Assembly (NCBI GenBank): GCA_002269645.1
Contig: NIVC01000032.1
Span: forward strand, 1-64,000
Length of the DNA stretch: 64,000 nt
Direction: 5' to 3'
DNA from: Macrostomum lignano
Taxonomy: Eukaryota
The notes beneath the pieces are model-generated. The model was given only the letters and a program-made list of their open reading frames with translations, made no database searches and was not told the DNA's origin. The translations under genes and the position numbers were made by a program. Positions 26,266 through 36,560 of this stretch are shown one piece after another. The stretch's first letter is position 1. Every line of letters starts with the position of its first letter.

Positions 26266-27004
26266 TAGACCTTTCCCTCTAGATCTCTAGATTCGCATCT
26301 ACCCCAGGCATCTCCCAGATACGCAATATACAACCACTGTATCCGGGATAAATCAAATGAAAAATAAGCAATAAAATATTACAAAACAATTTGATTTTAA
26401 AACTGTCTACAAATCGAAACAATGTTGCAATAGTGCGCATCAAAGTGGCACATTGTGAGCTAAAAATATTTAATTGTTTTACATTTTTGTTTTGTTGCTT
26501 TTTAAATAATTTCAAACAAATATAAAAACAAACAGATTTGAGCTTGCAAAGAGAAGCATAACCAGCGTTTGAAAGGTTCTACTATCGCAGAGATAATATC
26601 TGTGCTAAAACAAACAGTTATCAGAGATCTATAATAATAATATGTACACTTAATGGAACAATTACAGAATTACATGTATGTTATACCCCAGAAAATAAAT
26701 CATACAGATACAATATAATCACCATTTTTCTGCAATAAAAACTGGCTAATTAGACGAAAAATGAAGCAACGCACGGGTTGCATACGTGCGAAATTCTCAG
26801 CTGGCAATTTTATAGTATGTGGTGTTTTTTTCTCTGTCTCCAAATTCATGTGCTCAATTGAGCACATGCGAATGTCACAGCGCTTTTGAATAAGGACGGA
26901 TTAACTTTTAAATGTTTTTTTCATGTAGGAACATCATGTACTTTTTGAAAAATGGCATTGTTTGTGGAGCTATTGTTCTAACTATGAGGGTGGGAAAGTG
27001 GTTC

Positions 27005-27750
27005 TTAAAGGGGGCGATTTTTCGATAGGTGGGCGATTTTTCGATAGGTGGGCGATTCTTATGGGGGGGCGATTTTCCGGTAGGTGGGCGACTCTTAGGG
27101 GGTGGCGATTTTTCGATAGGTGGGCGATTCTTAAGGTGGGCGATTTTTCGATAGATAGGCGATTCTTAAGGGGGGGGCGATTTTTCGATAGGTGGGGATT
27201 TTTCGATAGATGGGCGATTCTTAAGGGGGGATTTTTTGATAGGTGGGCGATTCTTAAGAGGGGCGATTCTTAAGGGGGGCAATTTTTCGATAGGTGGGCG
27301 ATTTTTCGATAGATGGGCGATTCTTAAGGGGGGGGCGATTTTTCGATAGGTGGGGATTTTTCGATAGATGGGCGATTCTTAACGGGGGGCGATTTTTCGA
27401 TAGATGAGCGATTCTTAAGGGGGGCGATTTTTTGATAGGTGGGGATTTTTCGATAGATGGGCGATTCTTAAGGGTGCGATTTTTTGATAGGTGGGCGATT
27501 CTTAACGGGGGGCGATTTTTCGATAGATGAGCGATTCTTAAGGGGGGCGATTTTTTGATAGGTGGGGATTTTTCGATAGATGGGCGATTCTTAAGGGTGC
27601 GATTTTTTGATAGGTGGGCGATTCTTAAGGGGGGCGATTTTTCGATAGGTGGGGATTTTTCGATAGATGGGCGATTCTTAAGGGGGGGCGATTTTTCGAT
27701 AGGTGGGGATTTTTCGATAGATGGGCGATTCTTAAGGGGGGCGATTTTTC
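27005..27750. repeat. Composite minisatellite (ggggcgatttttcgataggtg / ggcgattcttaagggg)
   Basis: Alternating 16-21-bp subunits. Confidence 0.93.
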
Positions 27751-28435
27751 AGAAGGCATTTTTAACAGGAAACTATCAAATTTAGATAGTAAATGGGCTT
27801 CTATTTAAAGAAGCCTAACTAAGCACAAACCTATCGATTATTCTGTATCCTATTTTTTTATCCCACAACGTAGTTAAGAAAAACTACACCCAAAATTAAC
27901 TAAATAACCAACAAAAATGATCTAATTAAAAAATAAAATACAAACAAAAAATGATTGTTAATGGAAACACTTGGGGACAGGGGGCACTACAGCTTGTGTA
28001 GTATGAATTACAAACCAATATTCAGGAAGCGATGTACAGGATTACCCGTACTAATGATGAACTTTAGACGAACCCAAAGTTCATATTGTACAATAGAAAA
28101 AGTACAAACTATTTCTGAATATATTAAACAACTAGTGGAAGACACTGGAAACCATTGAAAATGTTTTGGGGTTCAGTCATTTTTGAAAATTCAGTCAAGT
28201 GGCACGCACAACAAACAAGTTTCAATAAAATTTTGTTTAAAAACAAACATAAAAATGGTTGAGATACAGCCAGTTGTCTACTTACAGTAGTCATATATAG
28301 AACATTATTAGTTCCCATATTTAACAAAAAAATCTACCGAAAAAAGGAATTGGTAAAAAATGTCAGTACACAAAAATTAACTTTTTGCATAGCACCTGTA
28401 AGTATTGGATGCAATTAGGGCATTAATTTAATTAG

Positions 28436-31400
28436 CTATCCATCCTGCTGTCCACTGAGCTGATAATTGCCACGTGATGAAGCCATCTGCTGCACCAGGG
28501 ACTGCATGTCTAGGCAGGACACTCGCTGCCGCTGGCCGGTCGGCGCTGGAGAGTTCAGGACGAAACTGTGCGGGGGACAAATAGAGGTCGAATATGTATG
28601 CATATCTTAACAGTTTAAACTGATTTCTTAGAAAACCATTCTATCGGTGAGTTTGATTTCTTAGAAAACCATTCCATCGGTGAGTTTGATTTCTTAGAAA
28701 ACCATTCCATCGGTGAGTTTCATTTCTTAGAAAACCATTCTATCAGTGATTATGATTTTTAGGTGTCTAGGAAAGGTGACTAAAGATTAAAGAAATATTT
28801 CTGTTTTGCATTAAGTTTATTAGCAAAAGTGTTTACTGACCTCTTGAACTGTTCGACAACGGGGTCCAGCTCGTTGTCATCATGATCGAACTCTCTGTCG
28901 CTGCTAAAATCGTCCGACACAACGTCAGAGTCATCGGATGCACCGGTGGCTCCGTTGCTGCTGCCGTTAAAAGCAGATTTCTGCCTTTGAGCGTCACCAG
29001 CAATAGCGCTTCTGGGAAGGAAAACTAAAATTGCAGTGTGAAAGAGAAAAATAATTCAGGCATATTTTTGAAAGTTAGGATATGTTGGCGTTTGTTAGAA
29101 TAAAATAGGTCTCTTAGAAACATTTTGTCGGTCAAATTGGTCTTTTAAAAACATTGGCTGGTCAAATTGGTTTCTTAGAAACATTTAGCTGGTCAAATTG
29201 GTTTCTTAGAAACATTTAGATTATCAAATTGGTTTCTTAGAAACATTTAGATTATAAAAGCTTCTCAGAAACATTTAGATTATCAAATTGGTTTCTTACA
29301 AAACTTTTAGCTGGTCAATTTTATTTCTTAGAAACCTTTAACTGGTCAAACTGGCTTCTTAGAAACCTTTAGCTGGTCAATTTTATTTCTTAGAAACATT
29401 TAGCTGGTCAAATCGGTTTCTTAGAAAGATTTGGACGGTCATATTGGTTTCTTAGAAACATTTAGCCTGTCAAATTGGTTTCTTAGAAAAATTTAGCTGG
29501 TCAAATTGGTTTCTTAGAAACATTTAGCTGGTCAAATTGGTTTCTTAGAAACATTTAGCTGGTCAAATTGGTTTCTTACAAACATTTAGCTGGTCAAATT
29601 GGTTTCTTAGAAACATTTAGCTGGTCAAATTGGTTTTTTAGAAACATTTAGCTGGTCAAATTGGTTTCTTAGAAATATTTAGCTGGTCAAATTGGTTTCT
29701 TAGAAACATTTAGATGATCAAATTGGTTTCTTAGAAACATTTAGATGATCAAATTGGTTTCTTAGAAACATTTAGATGATCAAATTGGTTTCTTACAAAA
29801 CCTTTAGCTGGTCAATTTTATTTCTTAGAAACCTTTAGCTGGTCAAACTGGTTTCTTAGAAACCTTTAGCTGGTCAATTTTAATTCTTAGAAACATTTAG
29901 CTGGTCAAATTGGTTTCTTAGAAAGATTTGAACGGTCACATTGATTTCTTAGAAACATTTAGCGTGTCAAATTGATTTCTTAGAAACATTTAGCTAGTCG
30001 AATTGGTTTCTTAGAAACATTTAGCTAGTCGAATTGGTTTCTTAGAAACATTTAGCTGGTCAATTTAGTTTCTTAGAAACATTTAGCTGGTCAACTTGGT
30101 TGTTTAAAAAGACTTGGATGATCACATTGATTTCTTAGAAACATTTCACCGTTGCCACTCATTTCTTAGCAACGCATCTTTTTTTCAAGTCAAAAACAAA
30201 AATGCAGATATTCTATTTCTTAGAAATACACGATTTCGAAACCACTCGCCTCTATCAACGCCAGCAACGCGAGTTGAAACGCCGGCACCGGAAGCTGCGG
30301 CTGACTCTGGCTTGCACTTAGTACTCCTGGATGGCGAGGTTTTATTGCTGCCAGCAGCTCCTGCTGCGGCCGCTGGCGACTGTCGCTTGCCCTTCGCTTG
30401 TTGGCCGTTGCAATTGGAATTGGCGCCGTTATTAGCTGCCGCGGCTGCTGCTTGACCTTCAATGAACCGCACAAGTTCGTCGATATCATTCGAAGATGAT
30501 TGCTGCTGCTGCTGGTGCTGTTGCGATTGTTGTTTCGGCTGTTGCTGTTTGCGTTTCTCTTTCAGTTTCTGTCGTAGCCGGTCCCGGTTGGCATGGTAAC
30601 CAGCGGAGACTGGAGCCGTGGCGGCTACAGCGGATGAAGAGGCGCCACCGCCGCCAGTGTTAGCTGGAGCAGTTTGAGTACAAGTTTGAGCAGCTTGAGA
30701 AGCATGATGATGCTGATGCTGAGATTTATTGCCCCGGTGGTGGCCGCAGTGCTCGCACTTGGAAGCTGGCGATTTTTCTTTGGCTCCGCCATCGGCTATG
30801 GCCATGAACTTCTCTTCAAATTCTTCATCGTCATCGTTATAAGGCAGACTGGTGCTGCTGCCATCTAGTGTAGGCCTCGGCGCCAACACGCCGCAGGTGA
30901 TGTAGTGAGACATTGTACAGTTTGGACAGGTGCACACAGTCTGACTGCACCGTTCGCAGGTGACAAACGGACCAGACGCGCTGCCTAGAGCCAGATCTTC
31001 TGGCGTGGTCACGCAAGAGTCTGGCGGCCAGGGAATCTCGCTGGATGGCTTGTTGGCCTCGCGCCACCTGGCCAGAGCCGGCTGGGCCTCCTCCCACTTG
31101 CAGCGAACTCGGCGCATTTCGCCATCAAGAATGAGCAGGCAGCGTAGAGGTTCGATTTCCGTATCCGGCCTGTCTGGGGGCGGTCGGAGCTTGTCTAACA
31201 GAATCTTCTGCAGCGATCTGATGTTCTCATGCGAATAGATTATGCACTCGTAGCTGTGCTCGCACACTAATCGCCAGGTTAATCCCATTGCTGACAGGTG
31301 CTCGGATTCTAACTTTGAAGCCACTGGCGCCTGGCTTACGGCCATTTCGCATAAGCCTCTGTACTCGCAGCACATCAGGTCCAGGAAGTCCGTGCTGCGC

Positions 31401-32767
31401 TTGTAGTTGACGAGGGGCTGACGGGCCAGGTTGAGCAGCAGCCGGTTGCGGGCCTCCTGCGGGCGATGAAGGGGGAGGCGATTCTTAATGGCATTGTGTC
31501 TGTAGCAATTCTTAATGGCATTGTGTCTGTGGCGATTCTTAATGGCATTGTGTCTGTGGCGATTCTTAATGGCATTGTGTCTGTAGCGATTCTTAATGGC
31601 ATTGTGTCTGTGGCGATTCTTAATGGCATTGTGTCTGTGGCGATTCTTAATGGCATTGTGTCTGTGGCGATTCTTAATGGCATTGTGTCTGTGGCGATTC
31701 TTAATGGCATTGTGTCTGTGGCGATTCTTAATGGCATTGTGTCTGTGGCGATTCTTAATGGCATTGTGTCTGTGGCGATTCTTAATGGCATTGTGTCTGT
31801 GGCGATTCTTAATGGCATTGTGTCTGTGGCGATTCTTAATGGCATTGTGTCTGTGGCGATTCTTAATGGCATTGTGTCTGTGGCGATTCTTAATGGCATT
31901 GTGTCTGTGGTGATTCTTAATAGCATTGTGTCTGTGGCGATTCTCAATGGCATTGTGTCTGTGGCGATTCTCAATGGCATTGTCTGTGGTTATTCTTAAT
32001 GGCATTGTGTCTGTGGCGATTCTTAATGGCATTGTGTCTGTGGCGATTCTTAATGACATTGTGTCTGTGGCGATTCTTAATGGCATTGTGTCTGTGGCGA
32101 TTCTTAATGGCATTGTGTCTGTGGCGATTCTTAATGGCATTGTGTCTGTTGCGATTCTTAATGGCATTGTGTCTGTGGCGATTCTCAATGGCATTGTGTC
32201 TGTGGCGATTCTCAATGGCATTGTCTGAGGTTATTCTTAATGGCATTGTGTCTGTGGCGATTCTTAATGACATTGTGTCTGTGGCGATTCTTAATGGCAT
32301 TGTGTCTGTGGTGATTCTTAATGGCATTGTGTCTGTGGCGATTCTTAATGGCATTTGTGTCTGTTAAAGGACTATATGTTGATCTTTTTCAATTGATAAT
32401 TCAAAGGATTAACCTGAGCAGTGAGCCTAGCCACATCCTCCATAGCATTCAGGCTAACCACTGGCTGACAATGGACCAGTCGGATCAGCTGACGCAATGT
32501 ACTTGGATCTTCAATCAGTTTTAGCTGAGGCTGACGAAAGGCTCGACGTAGTAGTTTAACGGCAGCTGGGACTTGGTCCAACGGCAGAGACTGCATCTCG
32601 TCTACAACATCGGATGCTGTCACCACTGAGGCAAAACCGCTGGGACTTGGCGCCACAGCCTGACCGCTAGACGCACTAAAGTTCAAGGAGAATGGCGAAG
32701 CACAGTTGCCATTGGAAGTACTCGATGCGGATCTGTTGGACGGATGCCGTTTATCCATAGTGCTCAT
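28436..32767 (-). CDS. FAM193: FAM193 family protein (~624 aa); exons 32767-32414, 31456-30250, 29024-28841, 28565-28436
   Basis: Matches recalled FAM193A motifs: FLDLMCCEYRGLC..LESEHL..TW (FISLLLEEYGALC..LENEHL..TW), CERC..CTCPNCTMSHYITCG (CPNC..CACDDCSLSHILTCG), RDRLRQKL, DIDELVRFI, VFLPR and VEQFKSFVL (VFLPK; VEYFKRFCL). Exon total 1875 nt is in frame. Intron 2 needs a GC donor. Additional upstream exons are possible. Confidence 0.85.
28620..28760. repeat. 33-bp repeat x~4 in FAM193 intron 3
   Basis: tgatttcttagaaaaccattccatcggtgagtt repeated. Confidence 0.9.
29110..30140. repeat. 31-bp minisatellite in FAM193 intron 2
   Basis: tttcttagaaacatttagctggtcaaattgg, period 31. Confidence 0.96.
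31477..32355. repeat. 27-bp minisatellite in FAM193 intron 1
   Basis: ggcgattcttaatggcattgtgtctgt, ~32 copies, with a duplicated higher-order block. Confidence 0.97.
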
Positions 32768-33006
32768 GGCTTGCTAAGTTTTTTTCTTGAATGAGGAAAT
32801 GGCTTATTGGATACTTGGAGCTTCATCAAGTGGAGAGCCTGTCAAATTACTTTGTTGTGATAATGAATTACATGAACTTTTAAGCAAAACTTAATTTAAA
32901 CTTGCTTACTTAAACTTTTGTTTATCTATGGATTCTATGCAAAGTACATAGAACCTACCAAAAATGCTAGTATTGAATAGAACTAGTAAATATTTAATAG
33001 TTAAGT

Positions 33007-33163
33007 GTACATTAGGGTTAGAGGGATAGGGCTTGGCTGGTATATATGTACATTGGGGTTAGAGGGATAGGAGTTGGCTGGTGTATGTGTACATTGGGGT
33101 TAGAGGGATAGGGGTTGGCTGGTATATATGTACATTGGGGTTAGAGGGATAGGGCTTGGCTGG
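33007..33163. repeat. 41-bp repeat x4 with telomere-like ttagggttag core
   Basis: gtacatt(a/g)gggttagagggatagggcttggctggtatatat; a diverged copy lies at ~36825-36852. Confidence 0.9.
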
Positions 33164-33172
33164 AGTGTATTC

Positions 33173-33608
33173 TCCTATATACTAAAAATGAGTTGTCGGT
33201 AGGTACCTATGTGATCGATTAGGGAAGAAATGGCTCAACTGATTTTCTTTGAACTTGCACTGTTCGATCAGAAATTTTTCCATGACGGTACATGCAATGT
33301 GGCTAAGAAATTGCTCGATGCTAAAGGCATTAAAAAGGCATTAAATTCGAAAAACATTAGGGTTAGGGTTAGGGCTAGGGTTAGGGTTAGAAGGTTGAAA
33401 ATTTTTTTTAAGATTTCAAGGCTTTTGGAAGCATTGCTGAGATGTCAAGGGGAAGAGTTTATATGTTAAGGCTTGTGGGGGAACTGCTGATATGTCAAGG
33501 CTTACAAGGGACTGCTGAGGTATAATGCAAAGAGATGCTACATGTAGTTTTTAAAAAAAACTTGTACTGCCTTTTTTTGGCTCCCCAATGGGGGACGCTG
33601 ATTGCTAG
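33173..33608 (+). mobile_element. Non-autonomous Helitron-like element A (436 bp)
   Basis: 5' TCCTATATACTAAAAAT; 3' hairpin tcccc-aatg-gggga (33582-33595) 9 nt before CTAG (33605-33608), followed by T; no TSD. Confidence 0.55.
33357..33390 (+). repeat. Interstitial telomeric repeat (TTAGGG)x5
   Basis: ttagggttagggttagggctagggttagggttag. Confidence 0.95.
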
Positions 33609-34354
33609 TCATCCAATATACTAAAAATCAAAACTATGTGTGTGTGTGTGTCAATTGGCTCCATGTAAAATAAGTTTTTTAGTAGGTACCTGTGTGATCA
33701 ATTAGAGAAGAAATGGCTTAACCAATTTTTTTTAACTTGTACTGTTTGATCAGAAATTTTACCGTGATGGTACATGCAACTAGTACCATCATGGTAATGC
33801 ACTTGGCTAAGAAATTGCTCAATGCTAAAGGCATTAAATATTCGAAAAACATGCTTTTTGCAAAAGTCAAGCAGAACTTTTGACTTAAAATACATTATAA
33901 GAATGCTAGAGAAAAAAATGACTGAATTCTGATTCTGAAATAGATTGCATCACAATAGGCTTTTTATTTATCATCTGTGTGTATTGGCTGAATTTTGATA
34001 CTGAATTGAATTGGGTGACACAGTATGGAAGCATGGCACATACCTGACTAATATTACATAACCATATTGCTAACTTTAATAGAGACTGGTACTGACTTGC
34101 CTAAGAAATTGATTATGTCATAACTGCTTCATGTGACTTTTACTCAATTGACTTGGTGTGAGTGTTGAATTATAAGTGCTACAAATTCATTCATAAATTC
34201 AATGAGAGCTAGCCTAAATGTGAACATACTGGACTGCTAATGCAGCAACCTGGGTTTGAATCTTAGTAGTATATAAAAAAGTAGCATAAATTTTTATTAA
34301 AAGCTTTTATTAAAGGACTAATTAAAAAGACCTGGATTATGGCGCTTGCTAAAG

Positions 34355-34600
34355 CAAGGATTACTATGCTTGATGAACCAAGGATTATTACACTTGATAA
34401 GCCAAGGATTATTGCACTTGATAAACCAAGGATTACTGCACTTGATAAGCCAAGGATTACTGCACTTAATAAACCAAAGATTATTGCACTTGATAAACCA
34501 AGGATTACTGCGCTTGATAAGCCATGGATTATTGCACTTGATAGTAAAGAATATTGTACTTGATAAGCCAAGGATTATTGCACTAGATTAGAAAAGGCTT
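34355..34600. repeat. 24-bp minisatellite gcacttgataagccaaggattatt, ~10 copies
   Basis: Direct reading. Confidence 0.93.
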
Positions 34601-34789
34601 TTGCCTAGCCCAGACATCGATTTTTGGACTTGATGAGTAAAGGATTATTGCACTAGCTGAGAAGCTAATTATTGCACTGTCTAAATAAGAGATTTTTGCG
34701 CTTGCTAAGACGTGGATTGTTGCACAACCTGAGAAAGCATTTATTGCATTAGTGGAAAGAAAATTTGCAATAGCTACTTGCTGTCTCGT

Positions 34790-36560
34790 AGATGCTTGCT
34801 ATCTGGAAGATGTTTGCTCTTAAGGAGGGGGGGGGGTACTGGCTATACATATGGGATTCTTTTTATCCAGGGATGCTTGCTATCTGGGTGGATGCTTCTA
34901 TAATATCTGGGGGTATTTGCTATTTGCAGGATGCTTCTATAATATCTGGGGGGGGGATGCTTGCTATTTGCAAGATGTTTGCTACCTGGGTGGGTGTTTC
35001 TATAATATCTAGAAGATGCTTGCTATCTGCAGGATGCTTCTATAATATCTGGGGGATGCTTGCTATCTAGGTGGATACTAGTGTTCCGCTGCCGCGAGTT
35101 TTGACCTCCGTAACCGTAACCGTAGCCGTAAGAAAGAAGCAACTTCCGTAGCCAAATTTTGCCGTCATTACGGGCTAAAAAAGTCCGTAACCATAATTTG
35201 CCATAACCGTAGCCGTAATGTATAACAAAAATTGATATTTTTGCATGAAAAGTAGGGCAGACAGAAAAGGACAGATAAAAAGGATAAAAGGATAGCAATA
35301 AAACCTACTTGTTGTTTGTTCATGCATTAATATTCATTTATTTTTTTCGTAAATATAATATCTTATTATCTTTATCTAAGTATTCTATAGCATTGTTGTA
35401 TGCAATTGTGCGCTTGGTGCCTTTTTCAGTTTTCTGTGTCGTGATTCTGTTTTGTTTTGCTACAATATGAATCTATGACTGACGTGCCAAGGTCAATGTG
35501 TATGTTTAATATCATGTTTAATTATATATTATATTATGTTTAATACAATATATAAATATATGAATTTGTTCAAATAAAACTGCTTCAAAATTTCCGATGA
35601 CTAAGAAATTGTATGTTACATTTTCGTAACGTTTTCGTTACATTTACAAAATTCGTGAAAAAATTCGTTTTTCATTTTCAAAAAGTTTCGTAGATATTTA
35701 GAAACTTAACAAATGTAAAAAAATAATAACTAGTAAAACAAAATGAAAACTGGTTGAAGCTGATATAAAAAAATTTTCTTTTATAACACTAAACAGTTAA
35801 AAAACAAATAATTTTTGTTACGGCTACCAATTACGGCAAGTCTAGAAAAATCTCCGTAATCCGCAACCGTAACCGTAAGCTCAAAATATGTCCATAACTG
35901 TAATCCGTAATGAAAATACGGCTTCAAAGTGTCGTAGCCGTAATTTGCCATAGCTGTAGCCGTAATTACGGCGGAACACTAGTGGATACTTCTACAATAT
36001 TTGGGGGATGCTTGCTATCTACAGGATGCTTGCTATCTAGGTGGATACTTCTACAATATTTGGGGGATGCTTGCTATCTGCAGGATGCTTGCTATCTAGG
36101 TGGATGCTTGCTATCTGGGTAGATGCTTGCTATTTAGGTGGATGCTTCAACAATATCTGGGGGTGCTTGCTATCTGCAGGATGCTTCTATAATATCTGGG
36201 AGATGCTTGCTATCTGGGTGGATACTTCTACAATATTTGGGGGATGCTTGCTATCTGCAGGATGCTTGCTATCTGGGTGGATACTTTTACAATATTTGGG
36301 GGATGCTTGCTATCTGCAGGATGCTTGCAATCTGGATAGATGCTTCTATCTGGGGGATGCTTGCTGTCTACAGATGCTTGCTATCTGGGTTGATGCTTGC
36401 TATCTAAAGTGATGTTTGCTATCTAGGGGATGCTTGCTATCTGCAGATGCTTGCTATCTGCAGATGCTTGCTATCTGGGGTGATGCTTGCTATGAGCATT
36501 AGGGAATGCTTGCTATCTGTGGTTGCTTACTTTTGGAAGGGGGTGCTTGCTATCTGGGGG
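34790..36560. repeat. Degenerate ggatgcttgctatctg minisatellite, split by a hAT MITE
   Basis: The same 15-20-bp units occur at 34790-35078 and 35982-36560. Confidence 0.9.
35079..35981. mobile_element. hAT-family MITE (903 bp)
   Basis: Perfect 11-bp TIR TAGTGTTCCGC/GCGGAACACTA, perfect 8-bp TSD GTGGATAC (35071-35078, 35982-35989), subterminal ccgtaa/ccgtag repeats, AT-rich non-coding interior. Confidence 0.92.

Noticed and set aside
31457-32221. RHRHNAIKN repeat read in frame with FAM193 exon 2 (678-aa ORF)
   Set aside because: It lies in a GT-AG intron whose removal joins exon 1 to exon 2 in frame; exon 1 read-through stops at 32372.
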